From NCBI GenBank assembly GCA_965198115.1, contig OZ240241.1, positions 1,216,001-1,280,000 on the forward strand: a DNA stretch of 64,000 nucleotides, read 5' to 3'. Numbering within the stretch: position 1 is the stretch's first letter; every line of letters starts with the position of its first letter. Under the pieces are notes generated by a model that was given only the letters and a program-made list of their open reading frames with translations, was not told the origin of the DNA and searched no databases. Origin of the DNA: Candidatus Latescibacterota bacterium (GTDB lineage Bacteria > Latescibacterota > UBA2968). The position numbers and the translations under genes were made by a program. This document shows positions 49,195 through 59,503 of this stretch, in pieces.

Positions 49195-49408
49195 TGATCC
49201 CTCATTATTGTCGGTAAAACGTTATAAAGTGGTGGCTGGCGAGCATCTCAAGTTAACATACGGCCGAATCGGTGTCAGCCAAGTCTTACATAAACCGATG
49301 GATGCCAATCCTCAGCTATTCGGTTAGTAAGCACATACCTACAAATCTATTCAATCGTTTTATCAGAACAAGCCCAAACACTGCTCCAACCTCTGTTTTC
49401 TCCGATTC

Positions 49409-50411
49409 CTATTCGATTTCCAGACCATTTTCGAGCATCGCGGCATGCAGGTGTGGCTCAATGAGCTCTTTCAGGTGGATATTTGCGTAGCCCACCCAGG
49501 CAACCGGTGATGTCGTATCCAGGGGCGCGTCAAGGGGCCGTCCATCCGGTCGCGCGATGAAAACTCCCCTTTCACGAGCAATGAGCTCCGTACAGACATC
49601 GTAAGGGTGACAGCAGATCCCGAGCTCCTGGCCTCTGCTCTGCAATACCCCTGCCAAATTGGGCCTCAGATCGGCGTTGAAACGGTCGTGGCCGGCCATC
49701 AGCTCGTAAAACTGCCCACCACTGCAGATATATTGATCCTCGAAGAGTCGGCTTTGCCTGGCTCTATCGGCCCAATCACGGCCTCGGCGACGGATTCCTC
49801 GATACGGGCAAGAATATCTTTCCCACCCGGGAAAAATCTCGAGATCATCCCGAACCCGTGCGTGAGGGTTCGTGCGCGGGACGGCTGGATCGAAATCGGT
49901 CCGAATTCTCGGGTCGTGCGGTCAAAACCTATCGCTCCGCTTGTCTTTCCCTTCACAGCCCAGAGTACATCCGATCGAAACTGTTTAGACGTCGGGATCT
50001 CCGTCTGAACGGCGATGTGAATGTCCTGAAGATTCGTTTGCGAGCCCTTGTTCGGTGCGACACCCGTGAGGATCCAGGCGCTGCGTTTGTCATACATCAG
50101 ACCCCGCGTACCGTCGATCGGATCGACGATGATTCGTAGAGCGGCGCTCTCGGCGGCGTCCCACTGGGGACCGTTACACCTTCTTCTGGCAGACCTTCAC
50201 CGATTAGAACGAAGGACAGCGTCTCCGCCAGTTCGACGTCGAACAACTCCATCAGGGCCACTTCGCCGATTCGATCGACATCGTAGATGGTGTCTCCCGC
50301 TGTCTCGTCTACCACATCGGACAGGTCAGCAGGATTCGAACGGTCGATGTGGTCGAGTACGGTGTCGCGGATTCTGCCCTGAATGCGTCTGATCCGCTCG
50401 ACAATCTCCAT
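49409..50411 (-). CDS. Inositol monophosphatase/FIG-superfamily protein split by two frameshifts (near 50150 and 49746)
   Basis: Pieces join to GDTIYDVD...IGEG...IIVDPIDGTRGLMYDKRSAW...FEDQYICSGGQFYELMAGHDRF...CCHPYD. Each junction needs one extra base. Confidence 0.7.
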
Positions 50412-50568
50412 GGAATCGATCACTCTGTTGCCTCCTGAGACACACAAGTGCCTCGACGCTGCCATAGTAGTCTTTTGCCTTCGGTACGGCAACATTGCAC
50501 GTCATCTGAGGACCAAAGACAGCTTAGCCCTTGACACACAGACACGTCTTTCCCACATTTTGCGGTGC

Positions 50569-50741
50569 AAGGGTAGAGGCGCGGGATTCATGAGTAGTGA
50601 TCGTGCGGATGACAGATCCCACACACGGTCACGAAGGGGAATCGCCGCCGAAGTCGAAACCGTTTCTGTCGACGCTTTCGGCTGGTCCAGACAGAAAACA
50701 TCTTCTGGACTGTCACGGCAAAGGCCGTGGAGCGCTCTCTT
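50569..50741 (+). ncRNA. Lysine riboswitch (L-box)
   Basis: AGAGGCGC...ATGAGTA...GAAGGG...GCCGAA...GACTGTC...GGAGCGCT core; complementary loops GACAGA/TCTGTC. Lies upstream of asd and downstream of TTGACA at 50531. Confidence 0.9.
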
Positions 50742-50820
50742 GTCGGTCGCTTTTCGAACGATTGTGAGCCGACGTCGCCTCTACCCACGGTGCGTCGGCT
50801 GTTTTCGTATGGAGGAGAAC

Positions 50821-51903
50821 GTGAGCAAGTTCAAAGTTGGCATCCTGGGCGCAACCGGAATGGTTGGCCAGCGGTTTGTCAGCATTCTGTCCGACCACCC
50901 GTGGTTCGAGCCGGCCGTCGTCGCGGCCAGTCCTCGATCGGCCAGGAAAACCTACGCCCAGGCGGTCGAGGGGCGCTGGACCCTTCCCGGAGACGTGCCC
51001 GCTGCGGTAGCCGAGATGATCGTCGTCGACGTCCAGAAAATCGCAGCGATCACCGACGAGGTCGACTTCGTCGTGTCTGCGCTCGATATGGAAAAGGACG
51101 ACATCCGTCGTGTCGAGGAGACGTATGCGATGGCCGAAACGCCCGTCGTCTCGAACAATTCAGCCCATCGGTGGACACCCGACGTTCCGATGATCATTCC
51201 GGAGATCAACGCCGATCACGCCGACGTGATTCCCGCTCAGAGAAAGCGTCTTGGCACGACTTGCGGCTTCGTGTCGGTCAAACCCAATTGTTCGATTCAA
51301 CCCTACGTTCCGGCTTTTCACGCTCTTTGGGATTTCCACCCCACGCGTTCGACCGTTTGTACTTACCAGGCGGTCTCGGGTGCCGGGAAAACTTTCGCGA
51401 CGTGGCCAGAGATGGAAGACAACGTGATTCCCTTCATCGGTGGTGAAGAAGAAAAGAGCGCCCGTGAGCCGCTGAAGATCTGGGGCCACGTTGCCGACGG
51501 CGAGATCAAGGTTGCTGATGCTCCCGTCATATCGGCACAGTGCATTCGGGTCCCGGTGACCGATGGTCATATGGCGGCCACGTCCGTCTCTTTCGAGAGG
51601 AAACCGCCAAGGGACGAGGTGATCGATCGATGGCGAAACTTCCAGGGCAGCAAGAAAGCGGAAGGACTCCCCTCCTCACCCACGCCCTTCATGACCTACT
51701 TCGACGAGGACGACCGTCCACAGACGCGGTTGGATCGGGACGCCGGCAACGGAATGTCCATCACACTCGGCCGACTCCGTGACGACGAGCTGTTCGATTA
51801 CAAATTCGTCGCATTGAGCCACAACACGCTGCGGGGCGCGGCGGGTGGCGCGGTGCTGTTGGCAGAGCTTCTCAAGGCGCAAGGCTATATAGAAGCTAAG
51901 TAG
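50821..51903 (+). CDS. asd: Aspartate-semialdehyde dehydrogenase (archaeal/fungal-type)
   Basis: KVGILGATGMVGQRFV..L.DHPWFE, KPNCS, YQAVSGAG, RVPVTDGH, SHNTLRGAAG; GGAGGAG RBS. Confidence 0.95.
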   Translation: MSKFKVGILGATGMVGQRFVSILSDHPWFEPAVVAASPRSARKTYAQAVEGRWTLPGDVPAAVAEMIVVDVQKIAAITDEVDFVVSALDMEKDDIRRVEETYAMAETPVVSNNSAHRWTPDVPMIIPEINADHADVIPAQRKRLGTTCGFVSVKPNCSIQPYVPAFHALWDFHPTRSTVCTYQAVSGAGKTFATWPEMEDNVIPFIGGEEEKSAREPLKIWGHVADGEIKVADAPVISAQCIRVPVTDGHMAATSVSFERKPPRDEVIDRWRNFQGSKKAEGLPSSPTPFMTYFDEDDRPQTRLDRDAGNGMSITLGRLRDDELFDYKFVALSHNTLRGAAGGAVLLAELLKAQGYIEAK

Positions 51904-52000
51904 GTTGCATTCGGTGTTCGGTGTTCAGCTGCATCGGGATGCTGCCTGTTCTGCTCCGCGCGGATCATCACATTAGTGTGACGTAGAGAACAGATGCAGA

Positions 52001-52035
52001 AAAAGCCCCGGCGATATGATTCGTCGGGGCTTTTT
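52001..52035. terminator. Bidirectional intrinsic terminator between asd and flgC
   Basis: AAAAGCCCCGGCGA...TCGTCGGGGCTTTTT. Confidence 0.8.
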
Positions 52036-52117
52036 CTCGGGAGGTAGCGGGTCGCGGGGACGACCCGTTGCTGGGAGCTCTTTGAAACCGCGAGGAAGCG
52101 GTCGTGTGTCGGGGACG

Positions 52118-52668
52118 TTAAATATCCAAAGCTCGTTGGATCATGTCCTTGGCTGCGTTCATGGCTGTCACGTTGGCTTCGTAGGCCCTGGATGCCGTGA
52201 TCATATCGACCATCTCCGTGACCACGTTGATGTCCGGGTAGACGACGTATCCATCCTCTCGGGCATCCGGATGAGCCGGATCGTAAACCAGACGCGGTTC
52301 GGTCGGCTCTTCTCGAATTTCGACGGTTTCGACACCTGCTCCGAGCAGCTCTTCAATCGCCGGTCCGGGGCCCGCGGGGAGATGGTCCCGGTGCGTACTG
52401 CTGATATGCTGCTTCGTCGCGTTGAAGACGTCCCGGAAGCGCTGGGTGTAGGGGGACTCCACCATCACAACGCGCTTTCTCTTGAACGGGCCGCCCTCTT
52501 CTGTTCGTGTGGTCTCTGCGTTCGCGATATTGCTCGCGATCGCGTTCAACTTCCGTCGTTGCGCCGAGAGACCGTACCGCTGATGTCGAAGGCATCGAAA
52601 ACACCGCCTGACGGCGGCCGATACCCCGACGCGGAGCGAGCCAGCGTGACGCTCTGAGTCACAGCCAT
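52118..52668 (-). CDS. flgC: Flagellar basal-body rod protein FlgC, frameshifted near 52572
   Basis: FDISG(T)GLSAQRRKLNAIASNIANAETTR, YDPAHPDA..GYVVYPDINVVTEMVDMITASRAYEAN. One extra G joins the two frames. Confidence 0.9.
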
Positions 52669-52724
52669 GGGATGGTCCTTATCGCTTCGAAGGGTGGTTA
52701 GCTTTCTACGCGCACACGATCTTT

Positions 52725-52740
52725 TGCAATCCGCGTGCCG
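52725..52740 (-). promoter_or_regulatory. Sigma54 promoter for flgC
   Basis: Minus strand CGGCACGCGGATTGCA (GG-N10-GC, near-consensus). Confidence 0.75.
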
Positions 52741-52881
52741 ATTGGAATCGCCCAGTCTGCTGGCGCCCTCCCTTTGTAGGACGGAAAAAAGGTGCCTCCG
52801 TTCAAGATCGGGCGGCAAATACGGCCTGCGCCCGTGGATTTTGGTTGTTCCGTGTTTGGGAGGTGGGCAAACTCCGTCAGC

Positions 52882-52977
52882 GTTGCGTGGCGGTTGCCTC
52901 CATCAGTTGCGTGGCGGTTGCCTCCATCAGTTGCGTGGCGGTTGCCTCCATCAGTTGCGTGACGGTTGCCTCCATCA
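52882..52977. repeat. Tandem repeat, 4 x 24 bp
   Basis: GTTGCGTGGCGGTTGCCTCCATCA four times with no spacers; one G>A change in copy 4. Confidence 0.95.
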
Positions 52978-53934
52978 GGTGACCAGATTCTGGGGGCGGC
53001 CCTCCAGGAAGGCGATGGCGTTGTCCACGGCTCCCCCATTGAGGAGGTCGACACCCTCAGGCGTCATATCGGCGCAATGGGGTGTGAGCACGACGTGATC
53101 GCAGGAAAACAAGGGGTGGTCGGTCGGTGTCGGTTCGTCGTCGAAGACGTCGATGCCCGCGCCACCCAGATGCCCTGAGTTCAGGGCATCGGCCAACGCT
53201 GGCGTGTCTACGATCGGACCCCTCGCGCCGTTTAAAAGCATCGCCCCCTGTTTCATCGATGCCAACTCTTCACGTCCGATCAGGCCCCGGCTGTCGTCCG
53301 TGAGCTTGACGTGGATGCTGATGACGTCTGATTCGGTCAACACCTCTTCAAGGCTCTTGAACGTCACACCCAGAGCTGCCGCTCTTTCGACAGTGGGATT
53401 GTAGGTCCAAGCAATCACGTCCATCCCGACCGCCCAACCGAGCCGGGCCATCTCCCCCCCGATGGCCCCTGTCCCCAAAACCCCGAGCGTCTTGCCCTGA
53501 ATCATCGTCAGATCGATACGAGGCCAACGACCCGCCTTCATCTCCGCGGTCATGAACGACGTGCGTCTCGCCACTGCGAACATCAGTGCGAGCATGTGTT
53601 CTGCGACGACCGGCGCCGTTCGGCCCGGTTGATTGCTGATCATGACGTTGTGGCGTCGCGCAGCCTCCAGGTCGAACATATCCGTGCCGATCGAACAGGA
53701 TGTGATAAACTCCAGATCGGGCAGCTGCGAAAATTCATCCTCGCCCCAAGTCACCGCACCACGTGTGTTCATGACGATGCGCGCGCCTTCGACCCGAGCC
53801 ACTTTTTCAGCCGTGTCGGCGGGACGATCGGTATGCATCGTGACCTCACCGTAGTCCACCAACCTGTCCAGATGCGGGGAGCCCTGCATTTGCGGCGGGT
53901 CATCCCCCGGTACGATGATTCGAACATCAGGCAT
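52975..53934 (-). CDS. D-isomer-specific 2-hydroxyacid dehydrogenase
   Basis: GKTLGVLGTGAIG, NGARGPIVD, DVFDDEP, LTPH. Confidence 0.9.
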   Translation of the reverse strand: MPDVRIIVPGDDPPQMQGSPHLDRLVDYGEVTMHTDRPADTAEKVARVEGARIVMNTRGAVTWGEDEFSQLPDLEFITSCSIGTDMFDLEAARRHNVMISNQPGRTAPVVAEHMLALMFAVARRTSFMTAEMKAGRWPRIDLTMIQGKTLGVLGTGAIGGEMARLGWAVGMDVIAWTYNPTVERAAALGVTFKSLEEVLTESDVISIHVKLTDDSRGLIGREELASMKQGAMLLNGARGPIVDTPALADALNSGHLGGAGIDVFDDEPTPTDHPLFSCDHVVLTPHCADMTPEGVDLLNGGAVDNAIAFLEGRPQNLVT

Positions 53935-53945
53935 GTGTTATTCTC

Positions 53946-55112
53946 CTATTTCGTGACTTCCTTTGAGATCGCTTCAATCAGCAGATCCACTTCGTCCTCG
54001 AGCAGAAAGAAGGGCAGGCTGGCTCGGAGGCCTTCGCACGTCGAGTGAGTGGGCTTGATCACGATATTCCATCGATCGCGCAGAACGTCTGTCAACTCGA
54101 CCGGATCGAGCGGCGTCGTGAAAGTCACGAGGGCGGCCGACCGATCGAAGGCGGGCGGCGTCAGAACGTCGACGCCCGCTATCTCATTCAACCCAGTCTT
54201 CAGGCGCGTCGTCAGAAAGTCGGTCCGTGCCTCGATGGCTTCAAGACCGTATCTGTCCAGAAAGTCTAGGGCGACGGCCCACGCGTGGACTAGAGGCCAG
54301 GACCACGGCCCATACTGAAATCGCTCGGCCGTCGGTTTCGACTCGAACTGATCGGAGTGCCAGTCCAGCATCGACTCGGAACGCCCGCCAGCATAGGTGA
54401 CTCGAAGCGTGTCGAGCCGATCAGGCCTCACATACAGGGCGCCCGAAGCGTAGGGGGCATACATCCACTTGTAGGACAGCAGACCGGAAAAATCACACCC
54501 CAGCGAACCGACGTCGATCGGATAGACCCCAACCGAATGCGCTAGGTCGACGAATGACAGGGCGCCGACTTCTCTCGCGCGGTCGCAGATCGGCCTGGCG
54601 GGCATCCGGTGTCCCGTGTCGGTGGTCACGTGGGAGAATGCGACCAGGCGCGTACGTGGCCCCATTCGATCAGCGAATGCGGCGACCTGCTCGTCTTGAT
54701 CCTTCACGAGCGGCGCTTTGACGACACGAATACCGAACAGATCGCGTACGTGCAGGACCGGAAGGAAAAGAGCGGCTTCCTCTTCCGCCGTGATCAGAAT
54801 CTCATCACCCTCGCACCAGTTCAGCCCGCGCAGAACCGTCTGGAACGCTTCGCTCACCCCTCGAGTCAACGCAAGGTCCCCAGGGGCCACACTCAGGAAG
54901 CTCGCAATCCGGTCGATCGACGCGGTCCGTCTGGGCATCTCCTCGTCGGGATAGGCAATGTGCATCGGCCCGCGTGTTGTTAGTTCTTCCATCAGGGCGG
55001 CGTGGGCGTCTGCCACCGGCCGCGGCGTGATGCTGACACCGCCGTTCTGGAACCAGACGAACGTGTCGAGCGCAGGAAAGTGAGACCTGGCTTCTTGGAC
55101 GTCGATCGTCAT
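53946..55112 (-). CDS. Class V PLP-dependent aminotransferase-like enzyme
   Basis: ARSHFPAL, SHV..DTG, VDLAHSVG, SYKWM (PLP lysine). Start MTIDVQ. Confidence 0.85.
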   Translation of the reverse strand: MTIDVQEARSHFPALDTFVWFQNGGVSITPRPVADAHAALMEELTTRGPMHIAYPDEEMPRRTASIDRIASFLSVAPGDLALTRGVSEAFQTVLRGLNWCEGDEILITAEEEAALFLPVLHVRDLFGIRVVKAPLVKDQDEQVAAFADRMGPRTRLVAFSHVTTDTGHRMPARPICDRAREVGALSFVDLAHSVGVYPIDVGSLGCDFSGLLSYKWMYAPYASGALYVRPDRLDTLRVTYAGGRSESMLDWHSDQFESKPTAERFQYGPWSWPLVHAWAVALDFLDRYGLEAIEARTDFLTTRLKTGLNEIAGVDVLTPPAFDRSAALVTFTTPLDPVELTDVLRDRWNIVIKPTHSTCEGLRASLPFFLLEDEVDLLIEAISKEVTK

Positions 55113-55205
55113 TTCTGTCGCTAAATTGCTCTGGCTCATACCGGCGTGTATATTCTGTGCTCTTCTGCCGTGACGCAACTCCTTTGACACCAAACAGGAG
55201 GCCGG

Positions 55206-56678
55206 ATGGCCATTGAAAGATTCGCCCGTGTCGGTCATTTCAAGACACCTGCCGAATTCCGTGCCCACCTGGCCAGTCTGGACCTCAACCTTCCTCTCGA
55301 CGACGAAATCCTGACGGCACCGAACTCTCCCCTCGCTGCGCCGTTCGATTACAAGGGCTTCGCGATCGGAAACCGATTCTGCATCCACCCGATGGAAGGC
55401 TGGGACGGCGACACGGACGGCAACCCATCGGACCATACCGTAAGACGCTGGCGAAACTTCGGGTTGAGCGGAGCAAAGTTGATCTGGGGGGGTGAAGCCG
55501 TGGCCGTACGACCGGATGGCCGCGCCAACCCGAACCAGCTCTACGCGGCCGATCATACGAAGGCCGGTTTGGGGCAGCTTCGCGCTGAGCTCCTCGAGGC
55601 ACACGCTGATCACATCGGTCCATCGGACGATCTCTACATCGGACTGCAACTGACCCACTCCGGCCGCTTCTGCCGTCCGAACGACAAGGCTCGTATGGAG
55701 CCGCGCACCCTGTATCGACACCCCATCCTCGACACCAAATTTGGCATCGACTCCGACGATGTCCTCCTCTCAGACGACGACATCAAGGAACTGATCGACG
55801 ACTACCTGCGTGCGGCATCGATGGCTTCCGACCTCGGCTATCAGTTCGTCGACATCAAACATTGCCACGGTTACCTTGGCCACGAGTTTCTGAGCGCGTT
55901 CACCCGGCCGGGTCCCTACGGGGGATCTTTTGAAAACCGAACGCGCTTCCTTCGCGAAATCGTCGAAGGCATTCAGTCCGAGCATCCGTCCCTCGAAGTG
56001 GGCGTTCGACTGAGTGCTTTCGATTTTGTGCCGTTTCGCCCCGATCCGGACCGATCGGAAGGGCGTCGGCTTGGTCCCGGAATCCCGGAACCGTTCGAAC
56101 CCCATCTCCCCTACAGCTATGGATTCGGAGTCGACTCGGACCATCCCATCGATTACGACCTCGAAGAAACCAACCGATTCCTGAGCTTGCTGGAAGATCT
56201 GGACATCCGTCTCGTCAATCTTTCGGCCGGCAGTCCCTACTACAACCCACACATTCAGCGACCAGCCTATTATCCGCCATCCGACGGCTACCAGCCCCCA
56301 GTGGACCCACTTGTCGACGTGGCGCGACAAATCGACGTCGTGGGACAGATCAAGACCGACTTCCCGAACCTCCTCCTAGTGGGGACCGCCTACTCCTACC
56401 TACAGGAGTTCCTTCCCCACGTCGCACAGCGCGCCGTCCGAGACGGGAAGGTCGATTTCATCGGACTCGGACGTGTCGTCCTGTCGTATCCGGATCTACC
56501 GGCCGATGTTCTGCGGGAGGGCACACTCGCTACGCGAAAGATCTGCCGAACCTTTAGCGACTGCACGACGGCGCCCCGCAACGGAATGATTTCAGGTTGC
56601 TTTCCGCTCGACCCCTACTATAAAAAGACCCCCGAGGGCCAAAGCCTCCGGGAGCTCAAGAAAGAAATTCAGACCTGA
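55206..56678 (+). CDS. NADH:flavin oxidoreductase (Old Yellow Enzyme family)
   Basis: [45 protein letters not shown]. Confidence 0.9.
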   Translation: MAIERFARVGHFKTPAEFRAHLASLDLNLPLDDEILTAPNSPLAAPFDYKGFAIGNRFCIHPMEGWDGDTDGNPSDHTVRRWRNFGLSGAKLIWGGEAVAVRPDGRANPNQLYAADHTKAGLGQLRAELLEAHADHIGPSDDLYIGLQLTHSGRFCRPNDKARMEPRTLYRHPILDTKFGIDSDDVLLSDDDIKELIDDYLRAASMASDLGYQFVDIKHCHGYLGHEFLSAFTRPGPYGGSFENRTRFLREIVEGIQSEHPSLEVGVRLSAFDFVPFRPDPDRSEGRRLGPGIPEPFEPHLPYSYGFGVDSDHPIDYDLEETNRFLSLLEDLDIRLVNLSAGSPYYNPHIQRPAYYPPSDGYQPPVDPLVDVARQIDVVGQIKTDFPNLLLVGTAYSYLQEFLPHVAQRAVRDGKVDFIGLGRVVLSYPDLPADVLREGTLATRKICRTFSDCTTAPRNGMISGCFPLDPYYKKTPEGQSLRELKKEIQT

Positions 56679-56679
56679 C

Positions 56680-57495
56680 TCAGCGGGACGTGTCGTCGCT
56701 CGCTGGGTGTTCCTTGAGTACGAACACTTCCTCCAGGTTCGAAAAGTTCACACCGGGTTCCAGAATGACCTCCCTGAAAAGCCCCGATTCCTCGTCGCCC
56801 AGATTGACCACGGTGCCGACCAGAAGCCCGTAGGGAAAGATGCCGCCCAATCCGCTCGAAACGACGACATCGCCAACCTCTATGTCGCTTCGAATCGGTA
56901 CGTGGCTCAAGCGAAATGACCTGTCTTCGACCATCACGATGCCCTGCGTCCTCGACGCACGTTGCAGCACCGCGCTCACGCGACAGTTCCGGTCGAGCAA
57001 TAGCTGAACGACTGACGTTCCGTCGTAGCTCTCCAGCACACGGCCGACGAGTCCCTCCGCCGTGACGACGGGCATTCTCTCTTCAACCCCATCCGAGCGC
57101 CCAAGATCGATCAGAATCGTGTTCGCGATTCGATCGGGATCACGCGCGATCACCTTGGCCGCGAGGTAGCCTCCCGTTCCCGCATACCGCTCTCTGAAGT
57201 TCAGCAGCTCCCGGAGACGCTGGTTTTCCAGCTTGGCTTCGCGAAGACGGACCAGTTCCATCGACAGCTGCAGGTTCTGTTCCCTCAACGTCTGGTTGGC
57301 GAATCGCAGATCGGCCAGTTCGATCGGCCACGCGAAGACTTTATGACCCGTCTCGAGCAGGCCGGTCGTCACCGATCGAGCGAGGGCCAGCTTTTCGGAA
57401 TGGCCGAGGCTCATGAGCACGAAAGAGAGAACGACGGAGATTCCGAGGGTGAAGAAAGCCCGTCTCTGACCGATGAACTCGTAGAATCGCTGCAA
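56680..57495 (-). CDS. mreC: Rod shape-determining protein MreC
   Basis: TM helix, coiled coil ENQRLRELL, GLVGRV, VVSSGLGGIFP.G. Start approximate. Confidence 0.92.
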   Translation of the reverse strand: MQRFYEFIGQRRAFFTLGISVVLSFVLMSLGHSEKLALARSVTTGLLETGHKVFAWPIELADLRFANQTLREQNLQLSMELVRLREAKLENQRLRELLNFRERYAGTGGYLAAKVIARDPDRIANTILIDLGRSDGVEERMPVVTAEGLVGRVLESYDGTSVVQLLLDRNCRVSAVLQRASRTQGIVMVEDRSFRLSHVPIRSDIEVGDVVVSSGLGGIFPYGLLVGTVVNLGDEESGLFREVILEPGVNFSNLEEVFVLKEHPASDDTSR

Positions 57496-57587
57496 CGTGA
57501 CCCTCACGGCCGGCGAAGGCTTGCGACCGGCACAAACAGAGACGACGCCCGCAGGCGCCGCTCGTCTCATCGAAAAGGTGCTCGGAT

Positions 57588-58607
57588 CTACATCAGCACT
57601 TTTTGGAAATGGGAGATATCTTCAAGCACCTTTCCAGTTCCACGCACCACGCACGTCAATGGATCTTCCGCCACGATGACGGGCAGGCTCGTTTCCTCCA
57701 CGAGCCGCTTGTCGAGCCCCCGCAGAAGGGCGCCGCCCCCGGTCAGGATGATCCCACGATCCAGAATATCGGCGGCCAGTTCGGGCGGTGTCTGCTCCAG
57801 GTTCTGGCGAACCGCCTCGATGATCGCGCTGACCGCTTCGCCCAGCGCCTCGCGGATTTCCGACGAATCGACGATGATGGTTTTGGGAATCGAAGAAACG
57901 AGATCGAGCCCTCGACACGTATGCTGAATCTCCTGTTCGAGTGCTCCCACCGCGCCGATCGCGCACTTGATCTCTTCGGCACTCCGCTCACCGACCATCA
58001 GGCTGTGCTTTCGCTTGAGGAACTGAACGATGGCGTCGTTGAGTTCGTCCCCCGCGGTTTTGATAGACTTGCAGGTGACGATGCCCGAAAGGGCGATCAC
58101 GGCGATCTCCGTCGTCCCGCCGCCAATGTCGATCACCATCGACCCCACGGCGTCTTCGACGGGCAGGCCGATGCCGATGGCGGCGGCCATCGGCTCCTTG
58201 ATCAGGTAGACTTTGCGGGCCCCTGCTCGTTCAGCCGACTCCCGCACCGCGCGCATCTCAACCGCCGTTACGCCCGAAGGCACGCAGATGACGATACGCG
58301 GACGTACCAGAAGCTTGTTCTTCTGCACTTTCTTGATGAAAAACCGCAGCATCTCCTCTGTCACGTCGAAATCGGCGATTACGCCGTCGCGGAGTGGGCG
58401 CACGACCTCGATGTCGGGATTTTCGCGACCCAGCATCTCTTTGGCCAAGGCACCGATCGCGATCGGCTTGCTCGTTGTGCGGTCGAGAGCGACGATCGAA
58501 GGCTCGTCGACGATGATGCCCTGACCCTTCACGTAAACCAGGGTATTCGCGGTACCGAGGTCGATGCCGATGTCGTTCGACAGCAGGGCAGAAATCGAAA
58601 ATTTCAT
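57588..58607 (-). CDS. mreB: Rod shape-determining protein MreB
   Basis: IGIDLGTANT, EPMAAAIG, DIGGGTTE, LTGGGALL. Confidence 0.97.
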   Translation of the reverse strand: MKFSISALLSNDIGIDLGTANTLVYVKGQGIIVDEPSIVALDRTTSKPIAIGALAKEMLGRENPDIEVVRPLRDGVIADFDVTEEMLRFFIKKVQKNKLLVRPRIVICVPSGVTAVEMRAVRESAERAGARKVYLIKEPMAAAIGIGLPVEDAVGSMVIDIGGGTTEIAVIALSGIVTCKSIKTAGDELNDAIVQFLKRKHSLMVGERSAEEIKCAIGAVGALEQEIQHTCRGLDLVSSIPKTIIVDSSEIREALGEAVSAIIEAVRQNLEQTPPELAADILDRGIILTGGGALLRGLDKRLVEETSLPVIVAEDPLTCVVRGTGKVLEDISHFQKVLM

Positions 58608-58627
58608 TCTATGCCCTCAATGAACCG

Positions 58628-59503
58628 TCAGTTGAGCAGACGATCCCGAGCCTCTTCGTACTTGTCGAGCGTGCGCTGAACGATGTCATTGGGAAGAGCG
58701 GGCGCAGGCGGGGTGTGATCCCAGTCGAGCGTGTCCAGGTAGTTGCGGACGAACTGCTTGTCAAAACTGTCCTGCCCCCGACCGGGTTCGTAGATCTTCT
58801 GGTCCCAGAAGCGTGATGAGTCGGGTGACAGAATCTCGTCGATGAGGATAATTTCGTCGCTGTCCTTCCCGAATTCGAACTTCGTGTCGGCGATAATGAT
58901 GTCCTTCGACTCGCCATAGTCGCGGGCAAACGAGTAGATCGACAGCGTCAGGTCCCGCAACTCCTCCGCCGTATCTCGATCGACGGTTTCGCACATCTGT
59001 TCGAACGAGATGTTCTCGTCGTGACCCGTCTCGGCCTTTGTTGCCGGTGTGAAGATCGGCTCCGCCAGTCTCTGGGACTCCTGGAGTCCGTCGGGCAGGG
59101 GGATTCCGCACACCGCTCCGGTCGACTGATAGTCCCGCCATCCCGATCCGGTGATGTATCCCCGCGCCACGCACTCGATGTCGATCCGGTCGGCCTTGAC
59201 GACCAGCATCGATCGGCCCTCCAGCTGGTCGCGGTAGGTCGGCAGCGGATCGGGATAGTCGTCCACGTCGGCAGAGATCAGGTGATTTCTGACGAGGCTT
59301 CCCGTTCTTTCGAACCAGAACAAGGACATCTCCGTCAGCAGCTTGCCCCGTTCCGGAATCCCGTTCGGCATCACGCAGTCGTAGGCGGAAATCCGATCCG
59401 TCGCGACGATCAGGAGTTTGTCGCCCAGATCGTAAACATCACGCACCTTACCTTTGACGAGCATAGGTACGTCACCCAAATGGGTCTCGAGTATTTCTGT
59501 CAC
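58628..59503 (-). CDS. purC: SAICAR synthetase
   Basis: GKVRDVY, ATDRISAYD, IECVARGY, ADTKFEFG, DEILSPDSSRFW, DKQFVR. Confidence 0.96.
   Translation of the reverse strand: MTEILETHLGDVPMLVKGKVRDVYDLGDKLLIVATDRISAYDCVMPNGIPERGKLLTEMSLFWFERTGSLVRNHLISADVDDYPDPLPTYRDQLEGRSMLVVKADRIDIECVARGYITGSGWRDYQSTGAVCGIPLPDGLQESQRLAEPIFTPATKAETGHDENISFEQMCETVDRDTAEELRDLTLSIYSFARDYGESKDIIIADTKFEFGKDSDEIILIDEILSPDSSRFWDQKIYEPGRGQDSFDKQFVRNYLDTLDWDHTPPAPALPNDIVQRTLDKYEEARDRLLN

Noticed and set aside
49195-49408. AT-rich intergenic stretch as a possible ncRNA
   Set aside because: No convincing hairpins or known motif; more likely a promoter region.
50383-50820. Long N-terminal extension of asd in the ORF track
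   Set aside because: It overlaps the promoter and lysine riboswitch; the real start is GTG 50821 with a strong RBS.
52882-52977. Possible CRISPR array
   Set aside because: The units are directly adjacent with no unique spacers, and there are no cas genes in the window.
52698-53054. ORF with DGGNRHAT repeats
   Set aside because: It overlaps the dehydrogenase end and the flgC promoter, and is only a reading of the tandem repeat.
55113-55721. N-terminal extension of the class V aminotransferase (591-aa ORF)
   Set aside because: It is antisense to the flavin oxidoreductase; family homology starts at MTIDVQ.
57603-58679. 358-aa plus-strand ORF
   Set aside because: Antisense shadow of mreB.
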